A program made the translations under genes and the position numbers. A model generated the notes under the pieces. The model saw only the letters and a program-made list of their open reading frames with translations, was not told where the DNA came from and made no database searches. From Myxococcota bacterium (lineage in GTDB: Bacteria > Myxococcota_A > SURF-8 > G963663525), in contig CAXXVK010000023.1 in NCBI GenBank assembly GCA_963676915.2, positions 1 to 33,476 on the forward strand: 33,476 nucleotides of DNA, read 5' to 3'. Below are positions 1 to 9,600 of this stretch, piece after piece (the first letter of the stretch is position 1; every line of letters begins with the position of its first letter).

Positions 1-138
1 ACTGATCGAGGAATTCGGCCTGAAGATCCGGTGACCTACAACATGGCTCTGCAAATTCTCCAAGACGAAGTGGAGCACGAGGAAGACCTTCAATCGCTGC
101 AGGAAGACCTCGAAATGATGCTCACACGTCGAGGATAA
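1..138 (+). CDS. C-terminal fragment of DPS-like / bacterioferritin-related ferritin-superfamily protein (5'-truncated)
   Basis: Frame 1 reads DPVTYNMALQILQDEVEHEEDLQSLQEDLEMMLTRRG* (TAA 136-138). The EVEH ExxH di-iron ligand motif and (K)DPVTY are typical of DPSL proteins. Probable 1-nt deletion near 23 (LIEEFGLK-DPVT). Confidence 0.7.
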   Translation, partial: TDRGIRPEDPVTYNMALQILQDEVEHEEDLQSLQEDLEMMLTRRG

Positions 139-212
139 AACACGAAACGATGAAATAATATCAAGCAGTTCGACTGTCTCTAAAAAAGTGGCTTGATATC
201 TTCAAAAAAGCG

Positions 213-251
213 AAAAGCGGGTGGCGATATCCCATCGTCACCCGCTTTTTT
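213..251 (+). terminator. Intrinsic terminator, possibly bidirectional
   Basis: AAAAGCGGGTGGCGAT (213-228) pairs with ATCGTCACCCGCTTTT (234-249) with one G-U pair, and ends in a T run. Confidence 0.8.
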
Positions 252-284
252 ATGGAAAAACCCATAGTAAATGCCACCAACCCC

Positions 285-313
285 ATGACAACCGCCGCAA
301 TCCGCTGTAGAAT
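285..313 (+). promoter_or_regulatory. Putative sigma70 promoter of the GTPase operon
   Basis: ATGACA (285-290), 17-nt spacer, TAGAAT (308-313), 27 nt before ATG 341. Confidence 0.55.
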
Positions 314-340
314 TCTCAATACAGATGAAAGGCGGTGTCG

Positions 341-1822
341 ATGACCATCAAGCCCTGGCAAAAAATCATGCTGTTGACCCTTGTTCTGCTGCTATTCGCG
401 GCACTGGGGTTGACGGTCGTACGCCAACTCGTCGATTTAGGCAAAGATCTTGCCGACCAACTCTATTTTCTGTTGCCCGGTATGTTGGTCATACTCGTTG
501 TGGCAGGTGGAATCATCTGGCTATTTTCCCGCAAAGAAACGGAGAAAACGGCCAAAAAAATCGATCGTGAATCCGTACGAGACGACATCGAACGCGCCGA
601 AAAAATGGGTATCGACATGACGGAAGTCCGCCGGTCGCTTGAGGAAATTGAGCGACGGCGGACAACACAACGTGCTGTCTTTAGCGGTTTTCGGATCGGT
701 CAACACCGGAAAATCCAGCCTTGTTCAGGCGCTAACTGGGCAGGCCGACATTCTCAGTGCTCCGGCTTCGGGCACAACCACAGAAGTGGCACATTATGAA
801 TGGAAGACAATAGGAAACTACCGAGACGAGGCTTTCCGACGTTCCGGGCCGATTCGAGTTCGACCGTCCCGAAAGAGCCGAAGCCGCCTGGAACGAAGCG
901 ATGGGCTCGGACCTGATTTTCTACGTCACAGATGCCGACCTCACTCGAGAACAGGTCGAAGACCTTGAAAAACTTGCGGAATCCGGCAAACCGTCTGGTG
1001 GTCGTCCTCAACAAAACCGATCTCTATGACGATCAGGAAACGGAACAGATCCTTACAGCCATTCGCACCCGGCTTGAAGACGTTATCCAGGAATACGCCC
1101 TTGCAGCGGTTAACTCGGGAGGGAAACGCAAAGTCATCGTACAAAACAACCAGGGGCAAACGAACGAAACCTGGAAAAGCATCCCTCCCGATCTCGGTGA
1201 TTTAAGCCTTCAAGTCTCGCACCTGCTTTCCCACGATTCAGAGCGTCTCATTGGGCTAGCCGATACGGTGTTTATCGGCCACCTTCACCGACGTGTGCGA
1301 GAATCCGTGGAAGCTCGCCGAGAAGAGTTAGCCAATAAAGCGATCAACGAATACAGCCGAGCGGCGGTTATCGCCTCCATGGCGGCGGTCGTTCCCGGAA
1401 TCGAAGTCATTCTGCTCTCTGGTATCGGCGTAAAAATGGTTTCGAAAATCAACGACTTATACGGCTCTCCGCTCAGCAGTGGCCGTATCGAACTGCTTCT
1501 GCGCGCCGCCACCGAGCAATTCAGCGATATGGGCAAACTGTCGCTGGTCATCGGTGGAAACATTTTGAAGGCCTTTCCGGGAATCGGTACCGTGGCTGGC
1601 GGTGTGTTGCACGCCGTGGTTTACGGACTCGTCACCCGAGGTATCGGCCGAGCGCTCCAACAGGCGTTGATCGATCGGGAATCTTTCAGCGAAGAGACGT
1701 TTTTCAAACAATTGCAAGAAAACCTCAACCGACTTCCCGCCAAAGACGATTTCATGAAATTGTTGGATGTCGCCAGAAAATCGGTAGACGAGGACTCGCC
1801 AGATAGGACCGAAACCCCATGA
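341..1822 (+). CDS. Membrane-anchored Era/MMR_HSR1-like GTPase with C-terminal DUF697/YcjF-like domain (3 apparent frameshifts)
   Basis: Two N-terminal TM helices (ORF 335..799); G1 GSVNTGKS (ORF 639..968); G2 GTTT; G3 DVPG and DLIFYVTDADLT in a third frame (~820-990); G4 NKTD and the hydrophobic AAVVPGIE / LKAFPGIGTVAGG C-domain in ORF 932..1822. Confidence 0.8.
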
Positions 1823-3155
1823 TTCACACCCCGACACGGGGAGACGACTCCCTGGAAAAAGTAAAGAAAAGCTTTCGCCATCTTCTGGAAGGTGACGAAA
1901 TTCCCAAATCCATACGTGAGGAATTATCCAAGGATTTCGACGACCTGCGCGCCATGCTGGACAAACTGGAAGGCCGGGAATTTGCACATCGCCGCTCTGG
2001 GGTCGGGTGGGAGTAGGCAAGTCGGCGCTGCTCAATGCCCTGGCAGGATCGAAGGTCTTCGAAGTGGGAGTGCTTTTCGGTGTAACAAAGGACTGGCAAG
2101 CCAGCGAGTGGCTTTCGGACGAAGAATCCGGTCAGTTGGTTGGAGCGCATCTGGACGGCAAACTGGTACTGATCGACACACCGGGTTTTTCCGAAGCGGG
2201 AGAAGACGGGCAAGAGCGAGAAGCCATTTCCCGAGCTGCCGCCCAACGAGCAGATCTCGTACTGTTCGTTTGCGATGGTGACCTGACGGCTCCCGAAGTC
2301 GAATTGCTGCATGAATTCGCACAGATGAATAAACCGACCCTCGTGGTGCTCAACAAAATCGACCGTTTGACCGACGAGGAACGCGAGGATGTTCTTTCGT
2401 CGATCCGCAACCGGTGGCTCAAAGATCTGGACCAATCCATCGAAGTCGTCCCGGTTTCAGCGGAACCTCGTCCCGTGCAATGGGAAATCGAGAAACCCGA
2501 CGGCAGCGTTGTCACACAAACCCGACGCCCACCCGTTCGTATCGAACCGCTGAAAGAACGCATCTGGCAGCGACTCGAAGAGGCGGGCTTGGACCTGTTG
2601 GCGGTCAATTCGGCGATTTTCGCCTCCAATTTGAGCGATGCGGTATCGGAACGTGTTACGGAACTACGACAAAAATTGGCCGAGCGAATCCTCGCCTTTT
2701 ATTCGACGGCCAAGGCTGTCGCCGTGGCGCTCAACCCGGTACCGATCGCAGATGTTCTCGGGGGTATGGCGGCAGACGCGGGAATGGTCATGGCGTTGGC
2801 CAAACTGCACGGTATGTCGATTACTTGGAAAGCCGCCGAGGAGTTGTCCACGACCATCGGCAAACAGATGCTATTGCTTGTCGGCACCGAAATCCTCACA
2901 CACATCGCTTCGGATATCCTTAAAGGGCTAACCTTTGGATTTTCCACGGTTCTTACCGCTTTTCCTCAAGGACTGATCGCCGGATACAACAGCCTCGTGA
3001 TCGGTCGTGCTGCCTTGGTATATTTGAGACAGGGATTTTCCTGGGGGCCACAAGGACCGAAGGCCGTGGTCAAAGAGATTCTTGAAACCGTCGATGAAAA
3101 AACCGTTTTGTCGCAGATGAAAGCAGCCATCGCCGCCAAACTGGAAAAGCGATGA
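1819..3155 (+). CDS. Second GTPase-DUF697/YcjF-like protein (2 apparent frameshifts near 1980 and 2003)
   Basis: Rebuilt as MIHTPTRG...LRAMLDKLE..LHIAALGRVGVGKSALLNALAG (G1), GVTK (G2), LIDTPG (G3), VLNKID (G4), with the C-terminal AVALNPVPIAD...SWGPQGPKAVVKEIL DUF697-type region. ATGA overlap with the upstream gene. Confidence 0.85.
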
Positions 3156-3961
3156 AAAAATCTGGAGTTTCAACAACTTACATACTACAAACGCTTCTTT
3201 TCGTTTTGGTCGTTTTCGGAACATCCTGCGATGAAACGATCCACTTCGGTATCAGTTGTCTTAAAGATACGGATTGCTCCGACGAAAGGATCTGCCAAAA
3301 CGGTACATGCGTTTCTACGGTTTCCGAATGCATCGAGGATGACGAATGTCCAGACGACAGCATCTGCATGTCCGGCAAATGTCGGGAAGCACTGTGCGAA
3401 ACGGACTGCAATTGCACCTCGCAACGAAGCTGCCAGGACGGTCGCTGTGTCTTGGATTCCGGCGTTTGTGAAAGCAACAACGACTGTACCGGAAATGAAA
3501 TCTGCATGATCTCCGACCCGGATACCTGCTCCCGAGGGCATTGCTCCACTCCCGTCTGTGAAACGTCGGAGGATTGCTCGAACGACCAGATATGTCTTGA
3601 GGGCGTCTGTCAGGTCAGCGATTGTTTTTGGTCGTTGGATTGCCAGAAAAAAAGCGAACTCTGCCGCGACCTGCTTTGTCAACCTTATTTATGTCTTGAC
3701 CATTGGGATTGTCAGGCAAACGAAGTCTGCCGCCAGGGACAATGCGAAGCCATCGAATGCCCTGCTCGAACCTGCCCGAAAAACAGCTATTGCTCCAAGG
3801 AAGGATTTTGCCGGTACGCAGTTTGTCATTGGCCAGATGACTGCCCGGAAACGGAAATGATTTGCCAAAACCAAACCTGTCTCCCCCTGGAATGTAAAAC
3901 CGACGCCGATTGCCTACCCATCGAGCAATGCAGCTCAGGAATCTGCAAGCTTCTTCCCTAG
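3152..3961 (+). CDS. Cys-rich repeat (Dickkopf-N-like CxxDxDC) putative lipoprotein
   Basis: Hydrophobic signal ending FGTS-C, followed by ten C-x(4-5)-C-x(5-6)-C-x(4-5)-C repeats (one with an inserted loop). ATGA overlap with the GTPase gene. Confidence 0.85.
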   Translation: MKKSGVSTTYILQTLLFVLVVFGTSCDETIHFGISCLKDTDCSDERICQNGTCVSTVSECIEDDECPDDSICMSGKCREALCETDCNCTSQRSCQDGRCVLDSGVCESNNDCTGNEICMISDPDTCSRGHCSTPVCETSEDCSNDQICLEGVCQVSDCFWSLDCQKKSELCRDLLCQPYLCLDHWDCQANEVCRQGQCEAIECPARTCPKNSYCSKEGFCRYAVCHWPDDCPETEMICQNQTCLPLECKTDADCLPIEQCSSGICKLLP

Positions 3962-4020
3962 TTCGAAAATGAACAGCTAAAAACAAATGTTTCCACCGCC
4001 CAAACTCGACCCATAAACTT

Positions 4021-4135
4021 TCTTTTGCTCTCTTACTTAAGTATTTTTTAGATTTTTTATCAAGCCTTAACAATAGATAAACTATTGTTATTTTTACTTT
4101 TTTAAACCTATCTTGTTGCTCTTTTGCTCTTTACT
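4021..4135 (+). repeat. Imperfect direct repeat flanking the palindrome
   Basis: TCTTTTGCTCTCTTACT (4021-4037) and TCTTTTGCTCT-TTACT (4120-4135), plus an extra TTGCTCT at 4116-4122. Confidence 0.55.
4068..4090. promoter_or_regulatory. Perfect palindrome, candidate operator
   Basis: TAACAATAG-ATAAA-CTATTGTTA: 9-bp arms with a 5-nt spacer in the AT-rich intergenic region. Confidence 0.6.
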
Positions 4136-4171
4136 ACAGAGCGTTTATTTCATTTTTGGGAATTTTTTCGC

Positions 4172-4200
4172 TTGCTATCCGGTTTCAACTCTGTCACATT
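4172..4200 (+). promoter_or_regulatory. Putative promoter giving a leaderless TIGR02147 mRNA
   Basis: TTGCTA (4172-4177), 17 nt, CACATT (4195-4200) with an extended TG. The ATG lies 7 nt downstream and has no Shine-Dalgarno. Confidence 0.35.
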
Positions 4201-4206
4201 GAAAGC

Positions 4207-5046
4207 ATGAGAAGCTTAATCGACATTTACCAATATTCCGATTTCCGTTCTTTTTTAAAGGATCGGTACGAGGAATGGAAAGACCAGGACGCCAAGGTAT
4301 CCTTGCGATACATGGCGAAGAAGGTCGGTTTGTCGAGCAACAGCCACTTGAAAATGGTTATGGACGGCCAGCATAACCTCTCGACTTCTCTAGCCAAAAA
4401 GCTTGCCAAGCTGTTCGGGTTATCCAAACGCGAGACGGAGTTTTTCCTCGCACTCATCCGGTTTACCCAAGCCACGGATACGGAGGAGAAAACCGAAGCG
4501 TTGGAAGACATGCGCCTGAACCGGCCATTCGTCAAGCAAAACCAACTTGCATTGGATCAATTCGATTATTATAATGATCGCTTAACACTGACTTTACGAG
4601 AAATGGTCAGTGTCGAGGGATTTAAAGAAGATCCGCAATGGATCGCAAAAAAACTGGGATTCAAGGCAACGACTCGACAGATTCGTGACGCAATACATAA
4701 ACTCTTGCGTCTAAATCTCTTGACTCGGGACGCCGATGGGCGTCTAATGGCGACCCATGCCCATATAACGTCCGGGCACGGTTTTGGTCCGGTTGCGTTA
4801 AAAGGGTATTACAAGAACGGATTTTCCGCCGCGATCGATTCGTTGGAGCTTCCAAGCGACATCCGCCATTTGGGCGGCATGAGTATGTCTGTGTCGGAAA
4901 AAGCCTACGAAAAGATTGTAGCGCATTTCCAAACGTTCATGGAAGCCGTCCGATCGGAAGTAGACAACGACGACGTTCCTGAACATGTATATCGACTGGT
5001 CTTCGGCTTGTTCCCGATGACCGATGTGCCTTCGAAAAAGAAATAA
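4207..5046 (+). CDS. TIGR02147 family protein (N-terminal HTH + DUF4423), putative transcriptional regulator
   Basis: IYQYSDFRSFLKD..., SLRYMAKKVGLSSNSHLKMVMDGQHNLS, EFFLALIRF, PQWIAKKL, and the C-terminal VYRLVFGLFP are characteristic of this family. Confidence 0.9.
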   Translation: MRSLIDIYQYSDFRSFLKDRYEEWKDQDAKVSLRYMAKKVGLSSNSHLKMVMDGQHNLSTSLAKKLAKLFGLSKRETEFFLALIRFTQATDTEEKTEALEDMRLNRPFVKQNQLALDQFDYYNDRLTLTLREMVSVEGFKEDPQWIAKKLGFKATTRQIRDAIHKLLRLNLLTRDADGRLMATHAHITSGHGFGPVALKGYYKNGFSAAIDSLELPSDIRHLGGMSMSVSEKAYEKIVAHFQTFMEAVRSEVDNDDVPEHVYRLVFGLFPMTDVPSKKK

Positions 5047-5066
5047 CCGTAGCGAGGAATGAAATT

Positions 5067-5399
5067 ATGAAAAGCATCGCAACATCCCCGAAGTTCCGAC
5101 TTGGCGGCCTGATCCTTCTGGTCGGACTTGTATTGACTTTGGGTCTTTTCATCCTTTCCACCTCATCGGACCAAACTCCCTCTGTGGATCTGACCGATAC
5201 GACGATTATTGCATCCGGCACCAGTTCGACCGGTGGAAATCCCGGAAGACGCCATGGAATGTTCGATCCCGATCGTAGTGAACACCGCGACCGAATGCAC
5301 CGTGGCAGCCGTCATGATCATTTCAACAAAGACACTCATGGAAATATTCCCGGAAAACCATCTCAGGTCTTGCCGGGAAACAAAGGATCGGACTACTGA
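5067..5399 (+). CDS. Small single-TM protein with His/Arg/Asp-rich tail, hypothetical
   Basis: GAGGA RBS upstream; one hydrophobic helix (LGGLILLVGLVLTLGLFIL); a Ser/Thr linker; RRHGMFDPDRSEHRDRMHRGSRHDH tail. Confidence 0.6.
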   Translation: MKSIATSPKFRLGGLILLVGLVLTLGLFILSTSSDQTPSVDLTDTTIIASGTSSTGGNPGRRHGMFDPDRSEHRDRMHRGSRHDHFNKDTHGNIPGKPSQVLPGNKGSDY

Positions 5400-5495
5400 G
5401 TCAAATCGCCGTGAGGAAACGATAAAAAAGCCGTTTAGAATGCAACGTTTTTCGGGATCGCACTCCCGTATCCATTTCATCACCGGAGCTGAATC

Positions 5496-6551
5496 GTGAA
5501 GCGCACCCAACTTGTTTTGCTCGTCTGTTTCCTGTTGCTGTTCGGTTCGTACGCCGAAGCGTCCCAACCGGAAACGTCTCCCACTTCCGCCGATGATAGT
5601 TTTTCCTCAAACATCGTCGTCGCTCAGGCGACAGCAACCGCCGAGAGTGACACGACAGTCAACGTCGAAGCCTCAACGGACGAAGAAGCAGAGAAAAAAC
5701 CGGGCTGGTGGTCAATTGCGCTGGATTACTCCTTCGATCACAACCTCGCCGCCGAGCGTAAAGCCATGACCAACACGGTGGTGCTGATGCCTTCGTTCAA
5801 TCTACCCTGGGGAAGTACCCTTTCGTTTAGCGCGGGATTCTTCCACTATCAGGAATACGACCGGCCCAACTCCTTGGGAAAAGAACTAGGCTACAATGAC
5901 CAGTTCGACGCCATTCCGGTCAGCATGACGTTCAGCCACAGATTCAAATTAGATCCCGATGTTACCGGATTAGCCCTTGCCTTGAGCTTGACCCAGGCGA
6001 TTCCCTACGTTGGATCGACCCAGCGAAACATTACCAAACATTATTATAGTATTAAGCCCGGTGCCGGACTGAGTGTTTCGAAATGGGGCTTTTCCCTGTC
6101 CAACAGCAACAAAGTCACGTTCAACGCCTTCGGAGAAACCTACGGCGTCGTGCGAGGCATGAACGGCAGCGATATCACGATGAGAAACGCGTATGCGGCG
6201 TACTCGAACAGCACCCGCTTTGGATACTCCTACGATTTCTTTTCCACCGGAGCATCCGTCACATGGTCGCGTAGCTGGCTGTATGGTATCGACCTCAACT
6301 TCCAAGACGACCCCACCCTGCCCGCCACGAGTGACGCAGCCCTCAAGCGCGACGCTCAGCCACGTTCGAGCGTGTCTTACGCGGCGGATGTAGCGTTCCA
6401 GGTATGGGATTACATTTCTCTTTACGGTGGCATTACCACTGCCGGTCCCGAACGCCGAGTCGGTGGTTTCCAGGGCCGCCTTTATCCATTGGATCCCCTG
6501 TACACCAACGTCTACGTCGGGATTACAGGCACATATTTTACGCTTGAATAA
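5496..6551 (+). CDS. Secreted protein, predicted outer-membrane beta-barrel
   Basis: GGAG RBS with GTG start; Sec signal ending AEA; acidic S/T/A linker; about 12 amphipathic aromatic-rich strands (WSIALDYSFDH, TLSFSAGFFHY, FSTGASVTWSRSW, SVSYAADVAFQV); last strand NVYVGITGTYF. Confidence 0.7.
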   Translation: MKRTQLVLLVCFLLLFGSYAEASQPETSPTSADDSFSSNIVVAQATATAESDTTVNVEASTDEEAEKKPGWWSIALDYSFDHNLAAERKAMTNTVVLMPSFNLPWGSTLSFSAGFFHYQEYDRPNSLGKELGYNDQFDAIPVSMTFSHRFKLDPDVTGLALALSLTQAIPYVGSTQRNITKHYYSIKPGAGLSVSKWGFSLSNSNKVTFNAFGETYGVVRGMNGSDITMRNAYAAYSNSTRFGYSYDFFSTGASVTWSRSWLYGIDLNFQDDPTLPATSDAALKRDAQPRSSVSYAADVAFQVWDYISLYGGITTAGPERRVGGFQGRLYPLDPLYTNVYVGITGTYFTLE

Positions 6552-6622
6552 GCCACTTTTTGATACTTTCTCTTAACTTGTTCCACATCATGGAAACTCA
6601 TTGGACCACGAGGAGACGGATT

Positions 6623-9600
6623 ATGAGACAAACCTCTCGCACCCTGCTTTTCCTTGCGCTTACGGTGCTCGTTGGCCTATTGGCCAGCGCGTGCATGACT
6701 GAGCGCGACCCGATCGACAAGACCAACCCGTTGGCACTCGACAAAAAACTGTTTGATGGAGAATTTTTCTACAAACAGACGATGGTCGACATGCCGTATT
6801 CGGTTGACTACACGTTTGTCGGTGAAACCAGCACCACGCATATGATCAAGTTCGAGATCACCGAAAGCGCCCTCTACGTGTACAATCTTCACAACAAGAT
6901 CGAGTACACCGACACGGAAGGCGAGCAGATCATTCCGAAGACTCCCATCGTCGTCTATCCCATCTTGGACCACTTCGACATCGAACTGGCCGAAAACCCG
7001 ACCACGGGCGAAGATATGCCGATCTACACGGAATATCGTGACAAACCCTGGTGGGAACGCCGCTATTTCGTTCTGGATGTCGGATCGGACATGGTTACCA
7101 ACTACCAGATGGACTTCATGCAGTACACGCTGGACGTCAAGAACCCGTTCTCGATCACCGGGTTGTCCGAATACTACAACATGGAATTCTACAACCACAA
7201 CGAGGAACCGATCAATCCCCGACGCTACTACTATGACTATGTTGCGTCCGAGGAAGCGATCGAAAAACTCGCCGAACTCGACCCTGAATCCGAAACGTAC
7301 GAAGCCCAGAAAGAAGCTCTCATGGACGCCCGCAACAAGCAGGTCAACGTGATCTCCTGGGAAAACGACGTCATCGTGAAGCCTACCAACAACTGGCGTG
7401 CCATCGGCGACTGGAACAATTACAAAGAGTACATCGATTACGAGTACGCTCGCCTGCGTTATCGTCACTACTTCTGGCGTGTAGACCGGGACGACATGGC
7501 AAACAGTGGCTTTGAACCCATGGAATTCCAGGATCTTATGTTCCGCCGCTTCGGCTATTTCGTGCGTGAATATCGCGGTGTGGATCCTCAAGTGGGTTAC
7601 CGTGAAAACCTGACCCATTGGTGGGCCAACCATTACAACCTCAACCGCCGCAAAGACAACGGCCACGAGCAGAACCGCATCCATGTCTGGTTAAGCCCGA
7701 ACTTCCCCGAGCGCATGACGCTGGCCGCTTGCGGTATCGCTGCCGACTACAACTGGGCTTTCGCTCGTGCGGTTCACTTCAAACAAGAATCGGAAAAACT
7801 CGATTACATTAGCGTGGACAACAAAACGCTGTTCGACATTGCGCAATGGGCTCCCAACTACATCGTTACGGATCTTGCGACAGCGATCGATGAGGAAACG
7901 GAACTCGACCTGAACACCTTGACGGTCGTAGATACCATTTCCGATTTCGAAAGCTACCTGCAACACCTGCTGGAGCAGAACATCGACGGCGTCGACGACG
8001 ATGAACTCGGTCAGACGACCGTTCGCGACCTTACGGACGCTTCCGGTGTCAAGCTGAATAAAATCGTGATTCAACTCGAACGTGCCACGGAAGTCGATTA
8101 TCCCCGTGACATGACGGTTGAAGAATTCGCTCTCAACATGACCAACTACCTCGAAATGGTGCGCAACGCAGCCGCTTCCCACGATCTGTCCAAAGGTGTG
8201 GCCGACGATTGGAAACCTCAGACCCGCCTTTGCTCGGAATTGTCTCCCGATGCCTGCCTCAGCTACGATGAAGACGGCGAAATCCGCATGGACGATCTTG
8301 GCCAGCCGATGACCATCGATCCCGGTGACGATTGGCCAGGCTCTCTGGACGACCAGGAATACTACTGGGTCAACTACCTCGAAGACGATGAAGCCAAAGC
8401 GGAAGAGTGGAAACGTTGGTGCTTCCGTTGGGACGACTACGAAGAAGCTCAAAAAACGGAAGACGAGCAGAGCTACTTCATTCTGCACCGCAACGAATTC
8501 ATGGAGTACAGCTACATCCGTGACGGAATGGACCCGGACGGCGTACCGAACCTGATCACTCCCGATGAAATCCGAGCCAAATTCGGCGACGACATCGACG
8601 ATCGCGTAGCCCGCGAAGTCAATTATCCCGTCGCTTGCAAACTCACCCTCGAACATCGTTGCGAAATCGACTCCACCGGTCACAAAGTGCCTCGGTACCA
8701 ATACGAACTCGGTGATGGTCGCCATACCTTCCTGTACTGGGTAGACCTGCCTACCGAATTCGGAATTCTCGGCGTGTCCCAGTGGAGCGATAACCCGGAA
8801 ACCGGTGAGCTGATTTCCTCTTCCTCCCACATTGCCGGTTCCGTCCTTCAGTGGTCGGTAACCCGTGAGTTGGAACGCTATTTCATGATCGAAGGCATCA
8901 CCGAGGAACCCAATCCTCTCGCCGTCGGTGCGGAACGCTACGAGCAACTGCTGGACGACATCATCGTTTCGGCCCCATATTACGAGATACCTGAAGCTGG
9001 TGAAGAAGACATCAGAGCAGAAGATCACTACATGCCGCCTCCTCCTCTTGGACAGGAACCCGGAAATTCCAGCACAGCAGCGTATGATCGCGTTTACAAT
9101 AAAAACGACCTTTATCTACCACCTTCCAGCAAGTTGAAAATCGAAGGTCAAAACGTAAGCCCCAAGCGTTACAAAGCCATTCTTGCGGATAACGGCCTCG
9201 CCGTCACGGACTTGTCCGTCAACCCGGCCGATCTTAGAATGCCTACCTATGATTTCCAGACCCAAGCCCAGGTGACCGCTCAGACTCAAACCCAGATTTC
9301 CGATGAAATTCTGGAAAAAGCCAAGATGCCCATGATGGATCCGAACAAGGATCTCAGCCGTCTTATTGGCACCCCCTTGGAAAGCTATGCCATTCCTCCG
9401 AGCGTTTTGCGTATGGTCTATACTGACGCAACCACCTACTCTGAAGACATGCTCGAGGAAGTCAGCCCAATGTTCCTGGGAAGCATGAGCGACATCAAAG
9501 GCGAGATTCAAAAACGCATCGACCTTTCGGAAAAATGCTACTTCATGGGTGAATGGCTGGACGGTGGTTTCCTTGCCATCATCAAGCAATTGCAGAAAAA

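Noticed and set aside
161-361. Short minus-strand ORF 161..361, and likewise 28673..28876 and 31821..32147
   Set aside because: They overlap terminators, promoters or intergenic spacers and show no RBS or recognisable motifs.
3250-3950. Cys-repeat region as a CRISPR array or DNA tandem repeat
   Set aside because: The periodicity exists only at the protein level; the nucleotide units are divergent with no identical repeats.
3962-4206. AT-rich spacer as a replication origin or mobile-element scar
   Set aside because: No DnaA-box cluster (TTATCCACA), terminal repeats or adjacent integrase/transposase seen.
5240-5345. His-rich peptide as the HxsA precursor
   Set aside because: It has no His-Xaa-Ser triplets, follows a TM helix, and lies about 17 kb from the radical SAM gene.
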